A stretch of DNA of 64,000 bases, taken from positions 1-64,000 of the forward strand of contig OY820905.2 in NCBI GenBank assembly GCA_963555755.3. Reading direction: 5' to 3'. Both the position numbers and the translations under genes were made by a program. Under the pieces are notes generated by a model. The model had not been told where the DNA came from, made no database searches, and saw only the letters and a list, made by a program, of their open reading frames with translations. Source of the stretch: Nitrospirales bacterium (lineage in GTDB: Bacteria > Nitrospirota > Nitrospiria > Nitrospirales > UBA8639). Shown one piece after another: positions 20,018 to 29,719 of this stretch (positions within the stretch are counted from its first letter, which is position 1; each line of letters begins with the position of its first letter).

Positions 20018-21393
20018 TGTAGTGGTCCAGTGAAAATGGACAGGGAGAAAAGGGGATTGTGTGAATAAGCCCAGACGGCCCTCGCTGAGGATTTGGCCTG
20101 GGTGTTGGAAAAATTTGTCGTCCATATTTGCCCCTCACTGGCCGATCACGGCTTGGTTGATACTGGAGTATTCCCTTGATCGGTCTTCGCCGCCTGTGCC
20201 TCAAACGTATTGGGACTCTGATAGCCCAAGGTCGAGTGAAGCCGCTCACTATTATAAAACATCGCCAGGTAATCAATCACGCTTAGCGTGGCCTCGGCCC
20301 GTGTGTCGGGTGGTTCCTCCGTGAAGCCTTCTTCTTTCAGGCTCCGGAATACCCGTTCCACAACCGCATTGTCATAGCAATTGCCCTTCCGACTCATACT
20401 GCACCCCATCTCGGCGTTCCGGAGCTGCTGTTGATACTCCGCACTGGCATACTGACTGCCGCGATCCGAGTGATGGAGCAACCCTGGCTTGGGGTGACGT
20501 TGCCCCATGGCCATCTGCAAGGCCTGCGAGACTCAGCACGTCGCCATGGAGGCCGCACAGGCCCCGCCCACGACTTTGCGGGAAAACAGCTCCACCACAA
20601 TCGCGAGATACAGCCACCCTTCCTGGGTCCAGAGGGCGGTGATATCACTGCCCCACACTCGATTAGGCGCCGCGACCGTAAATTGCCGGTTGAGTATATT
20701 AGGGGCAAGGGGCAAGGCATGGCGGCTATCCGTCGTCTGCGGACACCGCCCTGTGCCCGTGGGCTTCAGATTCGCCTGGCGCATCAGGGTCCGTGTCCGA
20801 TCGCGACCGATCGCATGCCCAGCCTGTTGCAAGGCCTGACTCAGTCGGCGCGAGCCCTAGCTGCGACGAGAGGCCCGATGGAGTTGCTGAACCTGAAGAA
20901 TCAGCGCTGGATCTGCCTGCGCCCGGCCTCCTCCACGTTGCACAAACCGATAATACCCACTGGCACTCACCTCTAAGACGGCACAGCGCAGCCGGACAGG
21001 ATACGTCTGCCGTTCACGGTGAATGAAGGGATATCTCAGATGTTGTGGGTGGCGAAGAAGGCCGTCGCTGTTTTTAAGATGTCGCGCTCCATCCGTAGGC
21101 GCTGATTGTCCTCGCGTAACCGGCGTAATTCGGATTGCTCGGGCGTCTGATGCCCCTGGCCGGGGAAGGCCGCGTCCTGATGGTGCTGCTGTTCGCGCTT
21201 CCAGCGCGAGAGCAATTTGGCCGTGATCCCTAAATTCTGGCCGGCTAGGGTCAGGGTATAGCCTTGTTCCATAACCAGGGCCACGGCGTCGCGCTTGAAC
21301 GCGGCTGTGTACTGTCGTCGTCTTGTTTCCATTGAACCCCTCCTGATGGGTATTGTCCCTTTTCCAGGTGTCCCATTCAACTAGACCACTACA
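20018..21393 (-). mobile_element. IS3-family element, orfA ~21036..21332, orfB broken by stops
   Basis: TG..CA ends TGTAGTGGTC / GACCACTACA; WGSDITALWTQEGWLYLA, HHSDRGSQY, CYDNAVVER. Confidence 0.9.
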
Positions 21394-23388
21394 GCTGATG
21401 ATCAACGAACATCCTCAAGGGGCGGGGCCTCTCGTCGGGCGGCAGCTGCGCTACCTCATCGGGTCACACCATGGTTGGCTGGGCGGATTTGGATTTGCCG
21501 CAGCGGCTCTGCAGCTGGCCGACCGTGACACGTGGATCGGCTGGGATGCCGAGCAGCGCCGAGCCCATCTGCATTGTGTGGTGGGGATGAGCCGTTTTCT
21601 GCTTCGTCCGAGCGTGCCATGCCGCAACCTGGCTTCGAAAGTGCTGAGTATGAGTCTTGCGACTTTGCCCGATGATTTTGAGCGCCAGTTCGGCTATAAG
21701 CCCTGGTTGGTCGAGAGTTTTGTCGACACCCGTCACTATTCGGGGGCCTGCTATCGGGCGGCGAACTGGATCGCGGTGGGGAAGACCAAGGGGCGCGGCA
21801 GACAAGATCGCTTCAAACAGTCGGCGCTGAGCGCCAAAGCGATTTATGTCTACCCCATCGAGACCGACTTTCGGGAGCGAATGGGGTTGCCCCCGAATGC
21901 CGGGCTTAGTCCGTTGAATCCGGCAGACGGTTTGGGGGGAGATCTTTGGGCGGAACACGAGTTCGGCGGCGCCCCCCTAGGCGATGCTCGGCTGAGCAAA
22001 AGGCTGGTAACCGTGGCGGCAGCCAAAGCCGAAGTGCCGGGCCGCGCCTTTAGCGGCGTGGCCAAGGGCGATTGGGCGGCGGTCAAGGCTTATTACCGCA
22101 TGATCGACCAGCCGGAGGACTCGGCAATCACCATGCCCAACATCCTGAGGCCGCACCGCAGGCGCACCGTGCGGCGGATGAAGGGACAAAAGACCGTGCT
22201 GTGTGTGCAGGACGGCAGCGATTTGGAATACACCAACCTGGATCACTGTGAAGGGCTGGGTGAGATTGGCACCAACCAGACCGGTGCAAAGAGCCGCGGA
22301 CTCCATTTGCACTCCATGTTGGCGATCGCCCCGAACGGACTACCCTTGGGAGTGCTGCGTGCTCAGTGCACAGCCCCCAAAAGCAGAGCACCGGAAGATG
22401 ATCGGCCCGCGTTCGCCATTCCGATCGAGGAGAAGAAGACCTTCAACTGGATTGCGCAGCACCGCGATCTGGTTGAACTGGCGTCCGAAATGCCTCAGAC
22501 GCGCCTGATCGACGTGTGCGACCGGGAAGCGGACTTCTTCGACATGTTCGACGAGCAACGCCAACACCCTCGCGTTGGCCTACTGGTCCGTGCCAAGCAG
22601 AACCGCACCATCACCGAAGAACCCTTCAAACTGTTCACCGCCATTCGTCAGGCGCCCGTTCAGAGTCGGATTCGCGTACACCTCCCACGACAGAGCGCCC
22701 GGCCTAAGAGAAGCAAACAACAGGCTCGACCCAAGCGGGCCGGGCGTACGGCGGATATGGCGGTACGCGCTATGCGAATCCAACTTCGTCCGGCACACTA
22801 CCACGCCGCCAAGGAACCCATCGATATCTGGGTGGTTCATGCGCGGGAAGAGCACCCGCCGGCAACGGCTGAGCCCGTTGAGTGGTTCCTGCTGACAACG
22901 ATCGATATCTCCTCGGCCGCGGAGGCCGAACAGTGCCTGCGCTGGTACGCTCTGCGATGGCGTATCGAAGACTGGCACCGCGTGCTGAAATCCGGCTGTC
23001 GCATTGAGGAGATCGCTCACGAGAGGGCAGAACGTTTGTGCCGGGCGATTGCCATTAACCTTGTCATTGCCTGGCGGATTATGCTCATGACCCTTCTGGG
23101 GAGAGAAACCCCGGAATTGCCGGCCGAGGTGCTGTTCTCGGACATTGAATTGCGGACCTTGCACGCCTACGCTAAAAAAAACGATTGAAGCCTCCGTTGC
23201 TGTTGGGTGACACGGTGCGACTGGTTGCGAAGATCGGAGGCTATCTCGGACGTAACAACGACCTGCCACCAGGTCATCAACTCCTGTGGCGGGGCTATAC
23301 GGAGTTTCAGTTCATGTGCCTGGGGTTCGCGTTGGTGGAGGATGAATGAGATTGTCCAGTCTTTATTTATGGGGAAAGGGCAGGGCTA
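21394..23388 (+). mobile_element. IS4-family (IS50/Tn5-type) element encoding a DUF4338(DruA-like)-DDE fusion transposase; 5'-truncated by IS3; -1 frameshift at A8 (23174-23181)
   Basis: GRQLRYLI..RFLLRP..NLASKVL..VESFVD..GACYRAANW; then LGDARL..RL, QDGS, DREAD, EWFLLT, YALRWRIEDWHRVLKSG; -1 frame VAKIGGYLGRNNDLPPG. Confidence 0.85.
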
Positions 23389-23516
23389 GCCTCACTCCAC
23401 CAAAATTGTGATTGATCCACAAAACCTTGAGCGGCCCGCCGGCTGAGGCAGTACACGCTCTTGACGACCACCGCGCAGTGAATCCGCCGTATCCGAGTAG
23501 ATCCTAGGGGCAGCAG

Positions 23517-23679
23517 CCTGTGAGTCTCGAATTCGTAATTTTCCCAAGGCGTCAAGACTTTCAATGAAGTTTCGCGGATAGAAAACAATAGGAAGAAAGG
23601 AGTTTAGGGCAGGGGACAGTGAGCAGTAGGGCAATGGAATACCATTTGAGGCCCGAATTAGGAATTCGAGATCCACAGG
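23517..23679. mobile_element. MITE with CCTGTG..CACAGG ends (possibly IS1380-derived); relatives at ~15098-15190, 23775-23849, 38030-38230, 43752-43840
   Basis: TIR CCTGTGAGTCTCGAATTCGTAATT / AATTAGGAATTCGAGATCCACAGG. Confidence 0.65.
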
Positions 23680-23895
23680 TAACTCGCCTGGACATAATCT
23701 GTTGGTTTGTCAGGGATCAGGATCCGAGTTCCACACATCGCAGGAGCCAAATCTGGCTTAAGTTGACAATACCTCTATAAATTCATCCCCATTGAAAAAC
23801 TTGAGTTTTTCAGATACCCAAGGCTGGATGAGTTTTTTGACCACACGGGAAGTTTGATCGTGAGGAGTAATCGGAAATCAACAAGAAAGTGGACT

Positions 23896-25176
23896 TCAGA
23901 ACAAGGTCACCACATATGCTACAGCCGTCCCGCCTAACAGGATTAGTCCCACATAACTCAACGCCAACATCTTGGGCCCGGGACGATGCTCTGGGGGAAC
24001 CTCCTCTGACGTCACGGCACGTAAGTTGAGGTATCCGAGAATGGGCGCCGTAATAAACGTGAAGATGGTGGCAAAATCCACCATGGTGGTGAGGTTCCCA
24101 ATAAAGAGGCCTAGCACTAGGGTACCCATCACGCCCAAACCGACGATGGCAATCCAGTACCCGCGACCGACCGGGGCATTTGGATTCGGAAATTGTCCGG
24201 CAGGCATTCTGAGAACTTGCACGCATCGATCGAGTGCCCTTGGGAAACCGTCCACTACGGTGATGGAAGTGGAAATCATGGTCGTCAGTATGGCCACCAA
24301 TACCACTGGGCGCGTCCAGGTGCCCAGGGTCGTGGTGTAAAGCTCAATCAATTGCGTGCTGAATACGGTGCCCTGCGGGCTGAATTCCTGTCCTGCTCCA
24401 AACATCACGGTAGCGCCGAGGAGCAAGAAAGCGAAGGCGAGAAAGCCTGTGCCCAGGTAGCCGATTCTAAAATCCAGCAGTGCAGTCTCGACGCTGGTGC
24501 GCACTCCCGTTTCCCGGTTTTTCGCCAACGTCCAAAGCGAACTCCACACGGAGATGTCGATGGCCGAGGGCATCCAGCCCACCAGTGCAAGGATGAATGC
24601 CATTGACACGACGGCGTTATCACCACCCACACCTGGCCACAGCATCAGGGTTGAGAAGTCGGTTCTTGGCAAGGTCACCGCCGCAGCTAGCACCGTGGAG
24701 ATCGCGAGGAGCACGAGAATGGCCTTCACGACCAAGTCGAAGACGCGAAAGTTGTCAATCCAAAGCAAAGCGGCGCACGCCAAGTATACCCCACCCCACG
24801 ATATCCACTGGGGGATGTTCAACCCCAGGGCGGACTGCAACAGGAAGCCCGTGAACAGGATGACGGCGACCTGAACGATCACCGACGTGAAAAGCGTGAG
24901 GATGAAGTAGAGCCAAAGGGCCCACTTTCCGATACGGCGATATCCCTCGACGAGGCTCTGCCCCGTCGCCGCCGCGTACCGGGGGCCGTACTCGAAGAAG
25001 GGATACTTGAGGATGATAGCGAGGGCCACGATGCCCGTGAGAGCGAACCCCGCCAACGCGCCGGCGCGGGTCGATTGGTGGAGGTGTGACACGCCGATGG
25101 CGGCAGCGGCCCACATGAGGCCCGGCCCGAAGTTCTTCCAGAATTGTGGCGGAAAGAAGGGCTTGGATTCAGGCAT
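23896..25176 (-). CDS. NRAMP-family divalent metal transporter
   Basis: FGPGLMWAAAAIGVSH..QSTRAGA, KYPFFEYGPRY, GWMPSAIDISVW; about 11 hydrophobic segments. Confidence 0.85.
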   Translation of the reverse strand: MPESKPFFPPQFWKNFGPGLMWAAAAIGVSHLHQSTRAGALAGFALTGIVALAIILKYPFFEYGPRYAAATGQSLVEGYRRIGKWALWLYFILTLFTSVIVQVAVILFTGFLLQSALGLNIPQWISWGGVYLACAALLWIDNFRVFDLVVKAILVLLAISTVLAAAVTLPRTDFSTLMLWPGVGGDNAVVSMAFILALVGWMPSAIDISVWSSLWTLAKNRETGVRTSVETALLDFRIGYLGTGFLAFAFLLLGATVMFGAGQEFSPQGTVFSTQLIELYTTTLGTWTRPVVLVAILTTMISTSITVVDGFPRALDRCVQVLRMPAGQFPNPNAPVGRGYWIAIVGLGVMGTLVLGLFIGNLTTMVDFATIFTFITAPILGYLNLRAVTSEEVPPEHRPGPKMLALSYVGLILLGGTAVAYVVTLF

Positions 25177-25201
25177 AGCGACGGAGAAGATAATTGCCCA
25201 G

Positions 25202-25333
25202 GGCATTGTCAACTTAACAAAAATTCGACCCTGAACAGACAATTAGCCTGGACATAATCTGTTGATTTGTCAGGGATCAGCGTGCGCGCTCCACGCCTTG
25301 ACAGAGCCAAATTTTGCCTAAGTTGACAATACC
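25202..25333. mobile_element. 132-bp IS6-type MITE (subfamily c; partial copy 23680..23773)
   Basis: GGCATTGTCAACTTA..TAAGTTGACAATACC. Confidence 0.85.
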
Positions 25334-25454
25334 ATTTTGAAGAATCATTTTTATACGGGGATGTTTCAATGGAATAGCGCCCTCTACCAAGGGACGCATA
25401 CCCCCATTGTGAGTCAGAGCCTCTTTGAGAAAGTTCAAGGTACTTTCCGTCGAC
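25334..25454 (+). pseudogene. Fragment of a large serine recombinase (recombinase domain)
   Basis: LKNHFYTGMFQWNSALYQGTHTPIVSQSLFEKVQ. Confidence 0.65.
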
Positions 25455-25586
25455 GGTTTTGTCAACTTAAGTCAAATTTGGCTGATTTTCTACCTCGAGC
25501 CAGTAACCTGAATGCCGAACAATCAATGAGTTATGAATTCGTGTATTGCCAAAATTTTGGTCAAATTCACTTAACTTGACAATACC
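25455..25586. mobile_element. 132-bp IS6-type MITE (subfamily a; also 41532..41663, 44831..44962)
   Basis: IS6 TIRs and shared internal sequence. Confidence 0.9.
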
Positions 25587-26220
25587 GTGGGAAGTCATGG
25601 CTCCAATGCCGACGGCACGCCATGGATTTGGGGCCGCTGTAGTCGATGGAAACGTGTATGTGATCAGTGGTGGCCCTACACCAGGAGGTTCTTGTAGCAA
25701 TCTCAATGAGATTTTCATCCCACCGGTTTCAGCCAAACCTGTGAAAACTTCTCGGACGCCGGCCCAGTATGTTGGATCCGTGATGGCTGTACTTGCGACG
25801 TTCAACGATGCTGGTGTGCTGCCCCCTGAGTCGAGTGTCCAGGCGAATCAATTGATTCGCGCACTTATTCAGTTTCAGACGGTCTTTGTGAAAAGTCCCG
25901 AACCTGCAGTTCGAGAATTTCTTTCTTCTGCATTGATTGCTCAAACAGGTGAACAGGCTACAATGGTTCTTGATTCATTTACCTTAACAGGTTGGACTTC
26001 TCAATCTCTGGAAGCTGTGGTGGATTATTCAAGGCAGTACCCCATGTGGGAAAACCCACAGATTGAAAATGCTTTTCGTGCCTACAACCTGAGTCCTGAG
26101 GATTGGGAATTGGTGCAGACCCTCTTTGTGAAAGCTCGTCAGAATCTAGCGCATCGCGAAAAAGATCTCCATGCGGTGTTTGCCAGTCATCGTTCCGGGA
26201 TGCCTGGTGGTAATTTTTAG
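25587..26220 (+). pseudogene. C-terminal part of a Kelch-repeat protein, 5'-truncated by MITE
   Basis: WEVMAPMPTARHGFGAAVVDGNVYVISGG single Kelch unit directly after the TIR. Confidence 0.75.
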
Positions 26221-26225
26221 AGTAA

Positions 26226-26405
26226 GGACCTGAGAGAAAGTACCTTGGACAATCTCGCGCCAAGATTTGGGTCGGATTTGGACGGAACGATTGAGAAAAA
26301 CCCGAGGCATAGCACAGCTATGTTGAGGGATTTTCGATTGAGGCCCGTTCAAAGATGGCCCGAAGATTGGATGCGAGATTGTCCAAGGTATTTTTTCTCA
26401 GGTCC
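26226..26405. mobile_element. MITE1 copy with TAA duplication
   Basis: TAA-GGACCTGAGAGAAA..TTCTCAGGTCC-TAA; 180 bp like 17254..17433. Confidence 0.85.
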
Positions 26406-26412
26406 TAAGGTT

Positions 26413-27387
26413 TTATCCCTGTTTAAGATGTATGACCTTCCCTGTCCTGGCTGATTCATAGCAGGCATCGGCAATTTTGACAGCTCGTTGGCCATCTAGT
26501 CCGGTGATAGGCATTGGCCTATCGTTTTGTACTGCATTGACAAAATCGGCGATCACCTTTGGGATTGTTACGGTAGATGGGAAAGGTTGGGAGATCGTGT
26601 GTTCGCCTTCCTGAATGTGGGTCAGAAAGTTTGAGGTCCAGTCAGCGATAAGCTGACCCCTCTTGCCAATGATTTCTGCACGGGTCACTTTGGTTTTACT
26701 TTGTCGCGAAATATCTAATAAACAGGGAATATCCCCATCTGTTTTTAAGCTCACCCATGCTCGAGTATCATGTCCCTGACCGTCTTCCCTGTCCATGTCG
26801 CAGTGCACCTGCTGAACTTCTTGCCCGGTTAGGAATCGAACCAGGTCAAGTTGGTGAATGCCAATCTCGAGCAACGCTCCTTGGTTTGAAATGGAATGTA
26901 AGTCGTGAACTGGATCTAGCGCTGACTCCAGGCGGTTAGTCAGCACAATGTACTGCCACTGGCCTATTTTTGATCCGTGTTGTTTTAGTGCGACAATGGT
27001 CTCTTCATAACGAAGGGTCTGGGCCACCATTACTGGGGACTTGGCTTGGGCTGCCGCCTTGACAATTTGCTGAGCTTCGAATGCTGTATGGGCTAATGGC
27101 TTTTCCACGAGCAAGGGTTTTTTCTGGCGAATGGCTTCCAGGGCAATAGGGAAAGCTTCACCAGGTGGTGTCACGACGATGATGGCCTGGATATCTGGAT
27201 CAGCAATGAGGTCATGGTGGTCTTGGTAATGTCGAAGTCCATGTTGCGTTGCAAAGGTTTGGCCTCTGGATGTATCTCGTCGGCATACAGCCACCAGATG
27301 GCAATGCGGAATGCGATCCAGAAGATGTCGGGCATAGCGCTGGCCGTGCCGACCGAGTCCGATGAGTCCAAGGCCTAAGGAAGCCAT
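26413..27387 (-). CDS. Gfo/Idh/MocA family oxidoreductase
   Basis: GLIGLGRHG, LLVEKPLA, LLEIGIHQLD. Confidence 0.9.
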   Translation of the reverse strand: MASLGLGLIGLGRHGQRYARHLLDRIPHCHLVAVCRRDTSRGQTFATQHGLRHYQDHHDLIADPDIQAIIVVTPPGEAFPIALEAIRQKKPLLVEKPLAHTAFEAQQIVKAAAQAKSPVMVAQTLRYEETIVALKQHGSKIGQWQYIVLTNRLESALDPVHDLHSISNQGALLEIGIHQLDLVRFLTGQEVQQVHCDMDREDGQGHDTRAWVSLKTDGDIPCLLDISRQSKTKVTRAEIIGKRGQLIADWTSNFLTHIQEGEHTISQPFPSTVTIPKVIADFVNAVQNDRPMPITGLDGQRAVKIADACYESARTGKVIHLKQG

Positions 27388-27583
27388 GAGTTCCAATCCC
27401 CTTTGTCGTAGAGGGAAAACGAGATCTTCATGTTCTTTTGGGCTTTCTGCTTTTATGCAATGATTTTTCCCCAAGGAGTCTGTCCGAGATTAGCGATCGT
27501 CACGAGGGTGGTCTGGTTTGAGTCAGATATTTCGATCGTTTGAGGCGAATAGTTGGACTATTCAACCTAGAAACGGCAGTTGG

Positions 27584-28867
27584 GGGAATAGGAATTTTAA
27601 AAGGCCTTTTTGCCTAAACCGGAAAGTATCAAAGACCCCGTTGCGGGGTCAATTCGCAGACGTTACCGTCTGAAAGGCGGGAGTTCCACGGCGAGATGGG
27701 GCGGCAGGGGCCATTTTTCGTGAATCAGGCCAACCCTTTCGCATTATGGGGGGGAGTGAGTTGGAGCCTGGACAAAAGGAGAGCGTCGGCTCAGGCACTG
27801 AACCGGAATCCAGACTGGGATTAGGCTGGCTGCATGAACGCGGCGAGGTGGGCCGGGGCTCGTGGTGGGGCGCGGGTGGGCAAACCCAGGTGGCTCAAAA
27901 TCTTGAAGATCACCGCGGGATCTTCGATAGCCGCCAGGAGCGTCAATGCCCCGCCGCACTGCGGGCAGGTGGTGAGGTCGATGGCGAAGACGCGTTTGAG
28001 TCATTGCGCCCAACTCAGGCGGGCTCGTGTTGAAGGAGCGAGGGAATCGCCATCCTCATGGGCGGTGTCCGTTGCCGGGTCGGCCTCGCCGGGCACGATC
28101 TGGGAGCGTAGCGCCGCGTTGGGCGCCAGCACGCCATGGAAGCGAATGAGATGGAGCCGGGGACGTGGGACGAGGGCGGCCAGGCGTTGCAGGAATTCCA
28201 GCGGGGTCATCACGAGGTGGGTGGTGCCATCGCGGTACGGGGTTTTGAGTTGGAGGACGACCTCGCCGGCTGGTGTACGGCGCAGGCGTTTGTGGCCCAA
28301 GGCCGGGCGCGTGATGTCGCGACAGAGCTGTTCGAGTTGTTGTTGCTGCTGGGGGCCGCAATGGGTGTCGGCATGCAGACTGAACCCTTGCGCACTGACA
28401 CAGCCCTTTGGTTGCGGCGTCTCTTGACTGGCGAGGCGCAATGATGGGTCTTTCCACGTCAGCACTTTTTGACCGGCTCGGGGGCCAAGGGAAATGCGGT
28501 AGGTGCAGGCGGCTGCCTGCAGCGGGGCCAAGGCGGGATCGGCATCGGGGTTGGTCAGGTACGGGATTTCGGTGTCTTCTGCCATGAGCGCGCCGTGGCG
28601 GGTTAAGGCCTTCAGGAGGCGCGTGATGATCCGCGTGAGTAATGCCTGAAGCTGGTCAGTGGTGGGGGCCGGTATGGCCTGGAAGATCGGGACCCCGTCG
28701 GTGAGGCGATAGACGCCATCGAGCATCAGGCAATGAAGGTGGATATTGAGATTGGCGGCGGAGCCAAAGCGTTGGATGAGGGTGATGGCGCCAGTCTGAG
28801 CCTGGGCATGGGTCAACCCGGCTTCGTGGATCGCGAAGGTCGACAGGGCGTGGTGAATGACCTGCAA
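27584..28867 (-). mobile_element. IS91/ISCR-like element, truncated, transposase pseudogene with oriIS
   Basis: IQRFGSAANLNIHLH (HUH); CRDITRP (catalytic Tyr replaced by Asp); premature stop at 28001; oriIS as at 1586. Confidence 0.9.
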
Positions 28868-29094
28868 CAGCGAACTCCTCCCTTCAATTCCGCAAACCCT
28901 CTACAACGGACCACCGATTTCCCAGTGACTACCCGGATAGCGGATAGTCATTCGTTCTTTTTCTGAATTCCTTCTTTAACAGGGAAAATACAGGGAATTT
29001 ATTATTTTAGAAACCCAGGTTTTGGAGCTCAAACTTACCAGACCCCTTTGAATTCAAGGTGATTGAGAGATCTCATTTTCGGATTGAACCTTCA

Positions 29095-29259
29095 ACCTAG
29101 AAACAGCAGTTGGATCACAAAAGTCCGCGTAAGCTCTTGGCGCACCTAGCAAAATAAAAAAATGTCTCATCACCACGGAGGTGACTACGACTTTTTTTAT
29201 TTCACCATGCACACCAATATCTTACACGGCTTTTTTGCGCCCAACTGCCGTTTCTAGGT
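29095..29259. mobile_element. MITE3, intact, TCA duplication
   Basis: TCA-ACCTAGAAACAGCAGTTGG..CCAACTGCCGTTTCTAGGT-TCA. Confidence 0.9.
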
Positions 29260-29423
29260 TCAAGAACAGGGAATTAACAGGGAATTTGGTGTCCATACAA
29301 AACGGCTAACTCAAAACTTGCTCATTGACTCTTCGGCAGCGTGAATGAGGAATTTGCCATGCACAGGGTCAAAAAGTACTGAACTCATATACGTATACGC
29401 ATTTAGGGTAATTTAAAATTTGG

Positions 29424-29557
29424 GTAACTACTCAGGTGGATAGGCTGAAGGCTGAAGGCTTTTAGGGGGCAACCATGCGTGAGCATACAAAACTTCAGGT
29501 AATTATGAGTGATAGCCTTCAGTCTTTAGCCTTCAGCCTAAATACCTGAGTAGTTAC
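29424..29557. mobile_element. 134-bp miniature element with heptamer-repeat TIRs and 8-bp TSD AAATTTGG
   Basis: GTAACTACTCAGGT..ACCTGAGTAGTTAC; internal GGCTGAA repeats; AAATTTGG at 29416-29423 and 29558-29565. Confidence 0.85.
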
Positions 29558-29719
29558 AAATTTGGCAAAGCCGCATTATAATTTCACAACTTGTAGGGTT
29601 CATTTTTTTTGGAATCCTGCCGATATGATAAGGTACAGTAGGATAGGTTTCCTCTCTTTTGTGGATCTTGTGGGAGATTACTTAACCTTAGTTTGGATAG
29701 GGATAAAAGGAAACCAGCC

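Noticed and set aside
28975..29290. AACAGGGAA direct-repeat motifs as iterons or element ends
   Set aside because: Real short repeats, but no associated gene supports a function
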